Source of the DNA: an uncultured Lachnospiraceae bacterium
GTDB lineage: Bacteria > Bacillota > Clostridia > Lachnospirales > Lachnospiraceae
Direction: 5' to 3'
DNA length: 61,674 nucleotides
NCBI GenBank assembly: GCA_964648695.1
Contig: CAZYLH010000002.1
Coordinates: 1-61,674 of the forward strand
Every line of letters begins with the position of its first letter. Positions within the stretch are counted from its first letter, which is position 1. A model generated the notes under the pieces. It was given only the letters and a program-made list of their open reading frames with translations. It did no database searches and was not told where the DNA came from. The translations under genes were made by a program, and so were the position numbers. This document shows, one piece after another, positions 1 through 9,018 of this stretch.

Positions 1-9
1 GGTGAAGAA

Positions 10-1287
10 ATGACAGGTGGCACAAGAAAACGTGGTTCTACATGGTATTATTACTTTGAGCTAGGAAGGGTTGATGGAAAACGCCAGCGGAAGGAAAAAG
101 GTGGGTTCAGAACCAAGAAGCAAGCGGAAGCTGCTCTGGCCCAGGCGATCAACGAATATAACAACGCCGGGGCAGTATTTGAGCCCTCTGGTATAACGGT
201 ATTTGACTATTTAGATCAATGGTATGAGCTATACTGCAAACCTAACCTGAAATATAATACGCAGGTTGGCTATCTGCGGATCATAGAAGGACATTTAAAG
301 CCTAAATTCGGAAGATACCGCCTGAAGGCCATAACTTCTGCCATATTACAGGAATATGCAAATGATCTGAAAATGAATGGCTTTTCCAAAAGCCACATTA
401 GCGGGATCCTCTCCGTGTTTGGAACTGCCATGGATTATGCGGTTGAACCGCTGCATTATTTGAACACCAACCCCATGCGCTATGTGAAATATCCCAAAGT
501 GGAAAAAGAGCCCCGTGAACGAATCGTTTTGACTTTGGAAGAGTGGCAGCGGATCATCGATCGCTTCCCCGCTGGTTCCCGGTTTCACATTCCCTTGATG
601 ATAGGCTTTTATACTGGCCTACGTATTTCAGAAGCCTTTGCCCTTACATGGGATGATATTGATTTTGAAAAGCGCACGATCACGGTTTCAAAGCAGGTCG
701 TAAAACGGAACTTTGGAGCTGATGTTCGGAAGGTGGTAGAACAGAAAGGGAAGCGGGAAATGAATGCTTCTTGGTACTTCACCACACCTAAAACCCTATC
801 TTCCAGGCGCACCGTACAATTTGGAGATACTCTTTATCAGGCATTAAGAGCAGCACAGATCGAACAGATCAAAAACGAATTGAATTATGGGGAATGTTAC
901 ACTGTTCACATCTTAAAAAAGGAATTGGACGAAAAGGGTAATGATATGTTCCGCATTGTACCCATCCAAAAATTTGTGGAAACGGAATATCCCCGTGTCC
1001 GTATGGTATGCACTGCGGAAAACGGAGATTATACTTCCACCGATTCCTTCAAATACTGTTCCCGGATCATCCACAAGGAGTTGCAGCTTGCTTTTGATTA
1101 TCATTCATTAAGACATACACACGCCACGCTTTTAATCGAGTCCGGCGCCGATGTGAAAGATGTTCAGGTAAGGTTAGGACACTCAAACATTCAAACTACG
1201 CTGCAAACCTATGTGCACGACACGGAAGTGATGGCAGCACGTTCCGTTGAACTATTTGAACAGGCAGCACGCTTTAAAATCTCATAG
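10..1287 (+). CDS. int: tyrosine site-specific recombinase (phage/ICE-type integrase with N-terminal arm-type DNA-binding domain)
   Basis: 425-aa ORF. The catalytic set is visible: GLRISEAFAL (Arg), HSLRHTHATLL (His-x-x-Arg), LGHSNIQTTLQTYVH (His...Tyr). The N-terminal KRGSTWYYYFELG...FRTKKQAEAAL is typical of integrase N-domains. Confidence 0.9.
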   Translation: MTGGTRKRGSTWYYYFELGRVDGKRQRKEKGGFRTKKQAEAALAQAINEYNNAGAVFEPSGITVFDYLDQWYELYCKPNLKYNTQVGYLRIIEGHLKPKFGRYRLKAITSAILQEYANDLKMNGFSKSHISGILSVFGTAMDYAVEPLHYLNTNPMRYVKYPKVEKEPRERIVLTLEEWQRIIDRFPAGSRFHIPLMIGFYTGLRISEAFALTWDDIDFEKRTITVSKQVVKRNFGADVRKVVEQKGKREMNASWYFTTPKTLSSRRTVQFGDTLYQALRAAQIEQIKNELNYGECYTVHILKKELDEKGNDMFRIVPIQKFVETEYPRVRMVCTAENGDYTSTDSFKYCSRIIHKELQLAFDYHSLRHTHATLLIESGADVKDVQVRLGHSNIQTTLQTYVHDTEVMAARSVELFEQAARFKIS

Positions 1288-1297
1288 ATCGCAAAAA

Positions 1298-1342
1298 ACA
1301 GGACTGAAACTCCGAAAGTTCAACGGGGTCAGTCCTGTTTTT
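1298..1342 (+). terminator. rho-independent terminator after int
   Basis: ACAGGACTGA (1298-1307) pairs with TCAGTCCTGT (1329-1338), followed by TTTTT. The loop is rather large at 21 nt. Confidence 0.6.
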
Positions 1343-1369
1343 ACATTTGAAGGCAGTTCTCAAAATTAG

Positions 1370-1391
1370 GGTGGCAAATGGGTGGCAAATG
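1370..1391. repeat. perfect 11-bp tandem direct repeat GGTGGCAAATG x2 (followed by the partial GCAAAAT)
   Basis: Read directly from the sequence. It lies between the int terminator and the rlmD stop codon. Confidence 0.9.
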
Positions 1392-1424
1392 GCAAAATTT
1401 CATGCCAAAACACAGCGCAAACCC

Positions 1425-2816
1425 TTATTTTATAAGGATCAAACTGCACACCGTCTCCACATTCCCAGTCCCTGGAAACATATCCACGCAGCTGATTTTC
1501 TCAATCCGATACCCTGCCGCACGCAGAGCAACCAGGTCTCTTGCAAGGCTGGTTGGCTTACAGGATATGTAGACAATCTTTTTAACCCCGTAGGCGATGA
1601 TTTTGGGAAGGGCCTTTGGGTGAATGCCATCCCTTGGTGGGTCGAGAATAATGATATCCGGCTTTTCGCTGATCTCGTCCAAAACTTTAAGCACATCCCC
1701 GGCGATAAACTCACAGTTTGTCAGGCCGTTTTTCTTAGCATTTTCCCTGGCGGCCTTTACCGCCTCCTCAACGATCTCAACTCCGATCACCTTTTTTGCC
1801 ACCGGTGCTGCGATCTGGGCGATGGTGCCGGTTCCGCTGTAGAGATCAAAAACCAGCTTATCCTTTGTCTCACCTATATAGTCGCGGGCGAGAGTGTATA
1901 AAACCTCCGCCCCCCGTGAATTGGTCTGAAAGAACGAGAAGGGGGTAATCTGAAACTCCAATCCGAGAAGTTTTTCTGTGATGACGTCCGTCCCGTAGAG
2001 GATATGGGTCTCATCGCTTTTTACCACATCGGCAAGGGAATTGTTTGTGATATGTAAAATGCCAGTGATGCTTCCCGTATACTTAAGAGAAGTAAGTCGC
2101 TCTGTCAACTCATAAAGCCTTAGATACTGGGTCAGTTCCTCATACGTCCGTCCCTCATCCGCTGTCACCAAAGCTACTAAAATCTGGCCTGTAAAGGCGC
2201 TTTTTCTCACTAAGAGATGGCGCAAGGTCCCGGTGTGCTGTTTTTTGTGGTAATGGGGCACCTCTAACTTTCTGTAAAAATCCAAAACAGCACCTAGGAT
2301 TTTTCTAAAATCCTCGTCCACAATCCGGCAGCCAGTTACATTTACGATGTCATATGTGCTGTTTCTTTTGTGCTGTCCTAAAGCGAGAGGCCCGTCCTTA
2401 AACTCATCCCCGAAGGAAAACTCCATCTTATTTCGATACCCCTCGCGGGTGGGACTTGGGAGAATATTTCCAAAGGTGTAGGGCTCTTTATAGACCTCAT
2501 CTATCAGCGCCTTCACCTGCTCGCGCTTAATTTCAAGCTCTTTTTCGTAGGGAAGACTCTGATAAAGGCATCCGCCGCATATATTAAAATGAGGGCAAAT
2601 CTCCTCCTTACAAAGCTCATCATCTGAGGGCGCAAGCACCTCTAAGAGTCCCGCCTCTATGCGTCCATGCCTCTTTTTTAGAACTCTTACTGATACGCTC
2701 TGCCCGGGAAGGGCATTTTTCACAATTATCTTTTCATCTTCATCCGTGTAAAAAATGCCTCTGTTGGGATATTCTATTTTACAGATCTTCCCGGTCAAAA
2801 TATCACCTTTTTTCAT
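1425..2816 (-). CDS. rlmD: 23S rRNA (uracil-5-)-methyltransferase RlmD/RumA family
   Basis: TRAM-like N-terminus, Cys cluster CPHFNICGGCLYQ, SAM-MTase motifs DLYSGTGTI and ILDPPRDG, C-terminal DMFPGTGNVETV. The ORF-track GTG (2819) sits too close to the GAGG RBS, so the ATG at 2816 is preferred. Confidence 0.9.
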   Translation of the reverse strand: MKKGDILTGKICKIEYPNRGIFYTDEDEKIIVKNALPGQSVSVRVLKKRHGRIEAGLLEVLAPSDDELCKEEICPHFNICGGCLYQSLPYEKELEIKREQVKALIDEVYKEPYTFGNILPSPTREGYRNKMEFSFGDEFKDGPLALGQHKRNSTYDIVNVTGCRIVDEDFRKILGAVLDFYRKLEVPHYHKKQHTGTLRHLLVRKSAFTGQILVALVTADEGRTYEELTQYLRLYELTERLTSLKYTGSITGILHITNNSLADVVKSDETHILYGTDVITEKLLGLEFQITPFSFFQTNSRGAEVLYTLARDYIGETKDKLVFDLYSGTGTIAQIAAPVAKKVIGVEIVEEAVKAARENAKKNGLTNCEFIAGDVLKVLDEISEKPDIIILDPPRDGIHPKALPKIIAYGVKKIVYISCKPTSLARDLVALRAAGYRIEKISCVDMFPGTGNVETVCSLILIK

Positions 2817-2833
2817 CACGCACCTCTTTAATC

Positions 2834-2865
2834 TAAAACAGGGGCTTCCATTACGAAAGCCCCTG
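2834..2865 (-). terminator. rho-independent terminator downstream of the small acidic-tail gene
   Basis: CAGGGGCTT (2839-2847) pairs with AAGCCCCTG (2857-2865). On the minus strand it is followed by TTTTAG. Confidence 0.6.
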
Positions 2866-2910
2866 CCTATCTCACTATTACTCTAATACCAATTTTTTTG
2901 ACTATCCGCT

Positions 2911-3120
2911 TTACTCCTCGGTATCAGCAGCCTTTACGTCCTCTTCCTCATCGTCAAAGAAGTCGTCGTCAAAATCCTCGTCAAACTCATCATCAAAGTC
3001 ATCCAAATAGTCCGGTGTAAGGAATTTGTATACGCCATATGCGATAGCGCCGATCACAACAATGGCACCGATCAGTGCCAGCACCACATATAGTCCCTTG
3101 CTCTTTTCTTTGCTCTCCAT
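2911..3120 (-). CDS. small single-pass membrane protein with an extremely acidic C-terminal tail (hypothetical)
   Basis: 69 aa. Contains one hydrophobic helix (LYVVLALIGAIVVIGAIAYGVY), then DYLDDFDDEFDEDFDDDFFDDEEED. GGAGGG-type RBS (AAGGAGGGTTATT) before the ATG. Confidence 0.55.
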   Translation of the reverse strand: MESKEKSKGLYVVLALIGAIVVIGAIAYGVYKFLTPDYLDDFDDEFDEDFDDDFFDDEEEDVKAADTEE

Positions 3121-3217
3121 AATAACCCTCCTTCATCTATGAGAGAAATATTCTTGCACACATTCTAGCACATTTTATTTTAAAATCCTAGTACTAATTT
3201 ATCCAAATTTCTAAATT

Positions 3218-5461
3218 TTACTCTAGTCTCAGCTTCGCAAATCCTGCCATCAACTTTCTTCTATCTCCGCTGTCAAAGTCAACCGTCACCACAAAATCCT
3301 TCGGCTGTTTTTCCACTTTTATGACAGTCCCAGAACCAAAGGTGGCATGTACAACCCTATCTCCCTCGCCGTAATCCAGATGGTCAAGCTTTAAGCTTGC
3401 CACATCCTTGCCAAAGCCGGGATTGGTGCCGGTGATACTGTATCTGCCAGATCTTTTTGTCCACTCTTTTGGCTCTCTGGTTTCCTTAAACTCTCTAAAG
3501 CCCTCTTTCATACCGCCGCCTTCGATTTCTATGTCCAAAAGGCCATCCGGTATCTCCTTTATAAAGCGAGATGGCTTGTGAAACCAGGTCTCGGCGTGGA
3601 TCATCCTCATTTTTGCGCCGGTGAGCGTTAGATGGTTCATCGCTCTGGTGATGCCCACATAAGCCAGTCTTCTCTCCTCCTCTATATCCTGTGGATTGTC
3701 GGAGTTTATTGCCATGCTGCTAGGAAAAAGCTCCTCCTCCATGCCGCACAGATAAACACGAGGAAACTCCAGCCCCTTTGCGCCGTGCAGCGTCATGAGG
3801 AGCACACGGTCGTCATTATCCTCAACACTGTCGATGTCAGCAATCAGCGCCACATCCTCCAAAAATCCGGCAAGCGTTGGTGCCTCGCCCATATCCTCAC
3901 ATTGCTTCTGATACTCCGCTGCTTTGCTCGTAAACTCCTGAAGGTTTTCCTTTTTCACATCAGCCTGCTCCGCGTCCAGCTTATCAAACTCCGCCTCGTA
4001 GTTGACATCACGGATAATCTCCTCTATCAGCTCGTCGATATCCATAAACTCGGCCTTTGCCCGAAGCACCCTTATCTGGTTGACAAATCCAGCTATCTTT
4101 GAAGCTGCCCGGGAGACAGAATGTATCTCATCCACCCTCATTAAAGCGTCCATAAGGCTGATACCCTCTTTTTCTGCAAACTCGGCAACATGCTCTAATG
4201 AGGTTACTCCGATACCCCTTTTGGGGACGTTTATGATGCGGCGCACCGCCAGATCATCCCGGCCGTTTGCGATAGTCTTTAGATATGCCAGTATATCCTT
4301 GATCTCCGCTCTCTGATAAAAGTTGACGCCCCCGACAATTTTATATGGGACATTTCTTAGAATGCACTCCTCCTCAAACGCTCTGGACTGCGCGTTGGTG
4401 CGGTATAAAATGGCTATGTCCTTATAGCTCTCACCGCGGCGCACGCGGCTTTCAAGGTCCGCTATAACCCCGCGCGCTTCCTGTCTGTTATCCTGATAAA
4501 GGTGATAGCTCACCCTCTCACCCTCGGGCTTATCAGACCACAGGCGCTTACTCTTTCGCCCCGTATTGTTCTTTATAATGGCGTTTGCAACTTCTAAGAT
4601 ATTCGGAGTGGAGCGGTAATTTTGCTCTAACTTTATCACCTTTGCCGCCGGAAAGTGCTTCTCAAAGCTTAGGATATTTCTGATATCTGCCCCGCGGAAT
4701 TTATAGATGGACTGATCATCATCTCCCACCACACAGAGGTTTGGATGATTTCCCGCCAGCTGGGCGATGAGCATAAACTGAACCGCGTTTGTGTCCTGAT
4801 ACTCATCCACATGTATATACTGAAAGCGCTTCTGATAATTCTCCAAAATCTCCGGAGCCTCCTTAAAAAGCTCCACCGTCTTTACCAAAAGATCATCAAA
4901 ATCAAGGGCGTTATTTTTCCTCAGCTCATTCTGATACTCATGGTAGACCATTGCCACCTTCTTTTCCCAAAATTCCGTGATAGTATTCTCATACTCTAAC
5001 GGTGAGATGAACTGGTTTTTACAGTCCGAGATCACTTTTAAAGCTGCCCTCTCCTTTATCTTCTTTGTGTCGATATCAAGCCGCTTCATAATGCCCTTGA
5101 TTAAGGTTCTCGCATCATCCGTGTCATAGATGGTAAAGCTGTTATCATATCCCAGTCTGTCAATATGGCGTCTTAAGATCCTCACGCACATTGAGTGAAA
5201 GGTTGACACCCAGATCTGAGCCGCATCTATACCACCGATGAGATTATCCACACGCTCCCTCATCTCACCCGCCGCCTTGTTGGTAAAGGTGATCGCCAGT
5301 ATATTATAGGGGTTTACTCCCTGTTCCTCGATTAGATAGGCAATCCTGTGAGTCAAAACTCTGGTCTTTCCAGAGCCAGCTCCCGCCAAAAGCAAAAGAG
5401 GGCCCTCCGTGCAAAAGACCCCCTCGCGCTGCTGAGGATTTAAGGAATCATAGATACTCAT
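3218..5461 (-). CDS. pcrA: ATP-dependent DNA helicase PcrA (UvrD family)
   Basis: AGAGSGKTRVLTHR, VDEYQDTN, GDDDQSIYKFRGA, TLHGAKGLEF, EERRLAYVGITRA; C-terminal GDRVVHATFGSGTV Tudor-like tail. Confidence 0.93.
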   Translation of the reverse strand: MSIYDSLNPQQREGVFCTEGPLLLLAGAGSGKTRVLTHRIAYLIEEQGVNPYNILAITFTNKAAGEMRERVDNLIGGIDAAQIWVSTFHSMCVRILRRHIDRLGYDNSFTIYDTDDARTLIKGIMKRLDIDTKKIKERAALKVISDCKNQFISPLEYENTITEFWEKKVAMVYHEYQNELRKNNALDFDDLLVKTVELFKEAPEILENYQKRFQYIHVDEYQDTNAVQFMLIAQLAGNHPNLCVVGDDDQSIYKFRGADIRNILSFEKHFPAAKVIKLEQNYRSTPNILEVANAIIKNNTGRKSKRLWSDKPEGERVSYHLYQDNRQEARGVIADLESRVRRGESYKDIAILYRTNAQSRAFEEECILRNVPYKIVGGVNFYQRAEIKDILAYLKTIANGRDDLAVRRIINVPKRGIGVTSLEHVAEFAEKEGISLMDALMRVDEIHSVSRAASKIAGFVNQIRVLRAKAEFMDIDELIEEIIRDVNYEAEFDKLDAEQADVKKENLQEFTSKAAEYQKQCEDMGEAPTLAGFLEDVALIADIDSVEDNDDRVLLMTLHGAKGLEFPRVYLCGMEEELFPSSMAINSDNPQDIEEERRLAYVGITRAMNHLTLTGAKMRMIHAETWFHKPSRFIKEIPDGLLDIEIEGGGMKEGFREFKETREPKEWTKRSGRYSITGTNPGFGKDVASLKLDHLDYGEGDRVVHATFGSGTVIKVEKQPKDFVVTVDFDSGDRRKLMAGFAKLRLE

Positions 5462-5498
5462 AAATTATCATGCCTTCCTATTGTATTTTTAATAATTT

Positions 5499-6464
5499 TT
5501 AAACCAACTTATTTCCGCAGTTTCCGCAAAAACGCATTCCGTTCGTTGGATTGCCGCAGTTTGGACAGAAGTTCGGTACCTGTCCGTTCACCCCGCTGGC
5601 CTGGGATACGCCATCCGGCTTGGCATTCATCTGGTTTACCATGTTTGAGGCCATCTGCATTCCCATCATCATACCCGCCATCTGGGTCGCTGTGCTGGCT
5701 GCTGATCCGCCCTTGTCAAGATTATCCGCCATCTGCATCTGCGTATAGCGGTTTACATCGCCCACCATGGACTGAGCGGCAGCCCTCTTCTGAAGCTTTG
5801 CAACCTCCTCCGGATATGAGAAGCTCTGAACAGAGAAATCTGTCACGGTGATGCCGATATCACACAGCTCCGCGCCCAAATCATCCATGATACCCCTGCC
5901 AATCTCATCCGCATTGGCCTGAAGGTTAAACATATCCTTCCCTTCCGTAGATATCCAGCGCATCAAGAGCTGATCGAGCTTTGATACAACACGCTCCCTA
6001 ACATTCTCAACACTATAGCGTTGCTTTACTCCCGCTATCTTGTCAATCAGCGTGACATAATCTGAAACCTTAAAGCTAAAGGTTCCAAATGCTCTTATTG
6101 GCATTCCTCCGGGAAGTCCGGGCGCCGGAATATTTACGGCGTTCTTTGTCCCCCACTTTACGGTAAACTCCTTCGTGTTTACAAAGAGTACCTCTGCCCT
6201 CATTCCGCTGTTAAATCCAAAACGGAAACCCTTAAGAGTTGAGAGGAAAGGGATGATTTCAGATTCAATGTCAAAGCTGCCCTCATCTGAAAAAACTCCC
6301 TCTATTCTTCCGTTATACAAAAAAATGGCGTTCTGCCCGGGGCGAATGATCAAACGGCTTCCCCTTTTGATCTCATCATTTGCCCACTTCCAGAAGATCA
6401 TCTGATCACTAAATTCCTCATTCCACTCGACAACATTAGCAAACTGTCCGCTAAACAATCCCAT
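5499..6464 (-). CDS. SPFH/band-7 domain protein (YdjI-like) with a Met/Gln-rich linker and a C-terminal CxxC...CxxC zinc ribbon
   Basis: 321 aa. SPFH-like core (FANVVEWNE...IIRPGQNAIFLYNG), low-complexity QMAGMMMGMQMASNMVNQM, then a terminal FCPNCGNPTNGMRFCGNCGNKL. Confidence 0.7.
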   Translation of the reverse strand: MGLFSGQFANVVEWNEEFSDQMIFWKWANDEIKRGSRLIIRPGQNAIFLYNGRIEGVFSDEGSFDIESEIIPFLSTLKGFRFGFNSGMRAEVLFVNTKEFTVKWGTKNAVNIPAPGLPGGMPIRAFGTFSFKVSDYVTLIDKIAGVKQRYSVENVRERVVSKLDQLLMRWISTEGKDMFNLQANADEIGRGIMDDLGAELCDIGITVTDFSVQSFSYPEEVAKLQKRAAAQSMVGDVNRYTQMQMADNLDKGGSAASTATQMAGMMMGMQMASNMVNQMNAKPDGVSQASGVNGQVPNFCPNCGNPTNGMRFCGNCGNKLV

Positions 6465-6716
6465 CGCCTATTCCTCCATTACATTAAGATTTTATCTGCA
6501 CCCTTCCACAAATGTCACTCTTATGGAAGTGACTTTCATTATAACTTAATTTTTCCCATATGTCACCGAAAAAACTCAGGTTTATAAAATTGTAAGCACC
6601 TTTACAAAATGCTTAGAAACTTTGCCGAAAAATTATAGACTTTTGTACTTTATTGTGTTAAAATTCAAGGAACTTTAGACATAAGTCTACTCTCAACAAA
6701 GAAAGGAAAATCCATT

Positions 6717-7022
6717 ATGAATAATAAAATCCATGTGCCAGAGGTAGATCAGCTTTTAGAGGCAATCCTCACTCTAAGTACCAAGGAGGAAGCATACGCC
6801 TTCTTTGAGGATATCTGCACCGTAAATGAGCTGTTAGCCATCGCCCAGCGCTATGCGGTGGCACGAATGCTAAGAGAAAAGAGAACCTACCAGGAAATCT
6901 CAGAGTCAACTGGAGCCTCCACAGCCACCATCAGCCGTGTAAACCGCAGCCTAAACTTTGGAAATGACGGCTACGACTTGACCTTTAGCCGCCTTGGAAT
7001 TAAGCCTTCCGAGGATGAGTAG
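6717..7022 (+). CDS. yerC: TrpR-like YerC/YecD family DNA-binding protein
   Basis: 101 aa. LLEAILTL...EEAYAFFEDICTVNELLAIAQRYAVARML...TYQEISESTGASTATISRVNRSL matches the YerC/YecD pattern. Confidence 0.85.
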   Translation: MNNKIHVPEVDQLLEAILTLSTKEEAYAFFEDICTVNELLAIAQRYAVARMLREKRTYQEISESTGASTATISRVNRSLNFGNDGYDLTFSRLGIKPSEDE

Positions 7023-7028
7023 CTCTTA

Positions 7029-7658
7029 CTATTTTTCTCTATCCTTACCCGTCTCTGCCTGCTGCTCCTTTCTCATCTCGTCCACAATTTTTTCCATGAC
7101 CACCTTTTTCATGTAGATGTCAAAGCCCAGCAGGCAGAGATATGTAAACTTTCTAATATACTCTGTCTCTGCACTGCTCTCTTCCTCATCCTTCGGGAAC
7201 ACCTCGCATGCCGCCTTATATTTATTTATTATATCCTTAACATAGCTGCTGCGCTGCTTTCTGCAGAGTTCATAAACTTTTTCGTATATATCTTCCAGCT
7301 TTCTGCTTCCCTCGCTGTCAAAATAATACTCCTTTAACGGGGCAAGAAGCGTCTCGATATCTCCGATGGAGAGCAGCTTTTTATAGTAGTAAATCCAGGT
7401 GAGGATCAGCATGTGATCTTTAGAGTATTTCTTTTTGTCCGGAGAAGGCAAAAGGTCATTTTTCGCATAGTTATTGATCATGGTCTTAGTAAGGATCTTA
7501 TCATCCGGATAGCGCTTGCTGTTTTCCAGATGGCTTTCCATGAAGGTTATCACCTGATCCATGTAAAGATCTATATTTGGTATTGTACCAGGCTCAATGT
7601 AATCCAGCTTTCCAAGATGATCCAATATATCAACAAGCATCTCTCGCTCCGTCTTCAT
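7029..7658 (-). CDS. DUF1836 domain protein
   Basis: LTKTMINNYAKNDLLPSPDKKKYSKDHMLILTWIYYYKKLLSIGDIETLL is the DUF1836 signature as I recall it. Trimmed to the ATG at 7658, which is preceded by GAAGGAGG plus 6 nt; the ORF-track start at 7676 is a TTG with no RBS. Confidence 0.65.
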   Translation of the reverse strand: MKTEREMLVDILDHLGKLDYIEPGTIPNIDLYMDQVITFMESHLENSKRYPDDKILTKTMINNYAKNDLLPSPDKKKYSKDHMLILTWIYYYKKLLSIGDIETLLAPLKEYYFDSEGSRKLEDIYEKVYELCRKQRSSYVKDIINKYKAACEVFPKDEEESSAETEYIRKFTYLCLLGFDIYMKKVVMEKIVDEMRKEQQAETGKDREK

Positions 7659-7755
7659 GGCACGCCTCCTTCCCAAGTTTTTTCTAAATTATAATCTAAT
7701 TTTACACAGATGACAAGCTAAACTTCCCCCGGCTATTTTATCTGTCTGGCTTTCT

Positions 7756-8994
7756 TTACAAGCTTGTAAAAGCCTCAAAGCTTGAGCGGTCAAAGTGTAT
7801 CGGAAGACCACAGCGCATGATGAGCTTTACATCCCCTTGAATCAGCGGCAAAAAGTAGCTGATGGCAGCATCTGTCACATTATTTTGACTAGGAGTGATC
7901 CATTCTGCCGGGAATTTTTTCTCAAGATTTGCGCATTTATATGCGTCCGTCATCTCGATCACCATCTCATATGGCACATCGCTTATGCGGCGAAAATACA
8001 TCATCTTGCCGGTATGTCCGGACAATGCCGCAGATAGTCCCGCTGCACCTATAGCCTCCGCCTCCTCAATGTCAGTCTTTGAGCAAAGGTGTGACGAACA
8101 GCGCTGCATAACATTTAGCTCTATGGAGCGAACCTTGCAGCCAAATTCCTTTGCGATGATGCGCTCAAGCACCTTTCCCACTCCATTTTGAAATTTATGT
8201 CCAAAGGCGTCAACTCCTGCCATGGTAACTCCGGCGCTCTCCGCTAAGGAGCTTACATCAATTCCTTCTGACACCGCCACGATCACCGCCTGATGCTTTG
8301 CCCTCTCCCTTCTGATATCCTCTAAGATACGAGAAACATTTACATCCGCCTCAGGCAGATATATAAGGTGCGGTGCTTCCTGGCCGATAGCCCTTAACAC
8401 GCAGCTTGAAGCCGTAAGCCAGCCCGCATTTCGTCCCATAATCTCAATGACAGTGACTGAATCTATACTGTAAACTGAGCTGTCCCGGATGATCTCCTGG
8501 ACAGTGGTAGCCACATATTTAGCGGCAGAGCCAAAGCCCGGGGTATGATCCGTGATTGGCAGGTCATTATCTATGGTCTTTGGAACGCCGATCACACGGT
8601 AAGGCTTTTTCGTCTTTTCAAAGTATGAGGAGAGCTTTACCACCGTGTCCATGGAATCATTTCCACCTATATAGACAAAGCACTCAATCATATGCCTTTC
8701 AAAGCACGCCGCTATCTTCTCATACACTTCAGGTTCGGTCTCATAATCCGGAAGCTTATATCTACATGAGCCAAGCACCGTGGACGGGGTCTGGCGAAGC
8801 AGCTCCATATCTTCATTACTGCGGATCACGGATTTTAGGTTTATCAGATTATCTCCAATCATTCCCTCAATTCCGTTGATTGAGCCAAAGATAGCGTCCA
8901 CCTTACTGCTCTTAAATGCCTCCCTGAAAACTCCAAGCAGGGACGCGTTGATAGCGCATGTGGGCCCTCCGGACTGTGCAATGGCGATGTTCAT
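7756..8994 (-). CDS. pfp: phosphofructokinase, PPi-dependent type (diphosphate--fructose-6-phosphate 1-phosphotransferase)
   Basis: PFK fold (SGGPTCAINASL). It has IGGNDS where ATP-PFKs have GGDGS (Gly104-equivalent is Asp) and VPKTIDND where ATP-PFKs have PGTIDND (Gly124-equivalent is Lys). Both changes are hallmarks of PPi-dependent enzymes. RBS GAGGGAGG. Confidence 0.8.
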   Translation of the reverse strand: MNIAIAQSGGPTCAINASLLGVFREAFKSSKVDAIFGSINGIEGMIGDNLINLKSVIRSNEDMELLRQTPSTVLGSCRYKLPDYETEPEVYEKIAACFERHMIECFVYIGGNDSMDTVVKLSSYFEKTKKPYRVIGVPKTIDNDLPITDHTPGFGSAAKYVATTVQEIIRDSSVYSIDSVTVIEIMGRNAGWLTASSCVLRAIGQEAPHLIYLPEADVNVSRILEDIRRERAKHQAVIVAVSEGIDVSSLAESAGVTMAGVDAFGHKFQNGVGKVLERIIAKEFGCKVRSIELNVMQRCSSHLCSKTDIEEAEAIGAAGLSAALSGHTGKMMYFRRISDVPYEMVIEMTDAYKCANLEKKFPAEWITPSQNNVTDAAISYFLPLIQGDVKLIMRCGLPIHFDRSSFEAFTSL

Positions 8995-9018
8995 CGTTTT
9001 TCCTCCCTCAAATCAAGC

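Larger units (their letters stand above)
1..1445. mobile_element. probable terminus of an integrative element (integrase plus junction with the rlmD 3' end); the rest lies off the left edge
   Basis: An intact tyrosine integrase gene ends 137 nt from the rlmD stop codon and is convergent with it. The junction carries a terminator, an 11-bp tandem repeat (1370-1391) and a CCTTAT/ATAAGG inverted repeat over the rlmD stop (1423-1437). No second att copy is visible in the window. Confidence 0.4.

Noticed and set aside
1347-1901. 184-aa + strand ORF (and the nested 64/72/91-aa ORFs) overlapping the 3' part of rlmD
   Set aside because: It is entirely antisense to, or out of frame with, a well-supported methyltransferase gene. 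It has no RBS and no recognisable motifs, so it is a typical shadow ORF.
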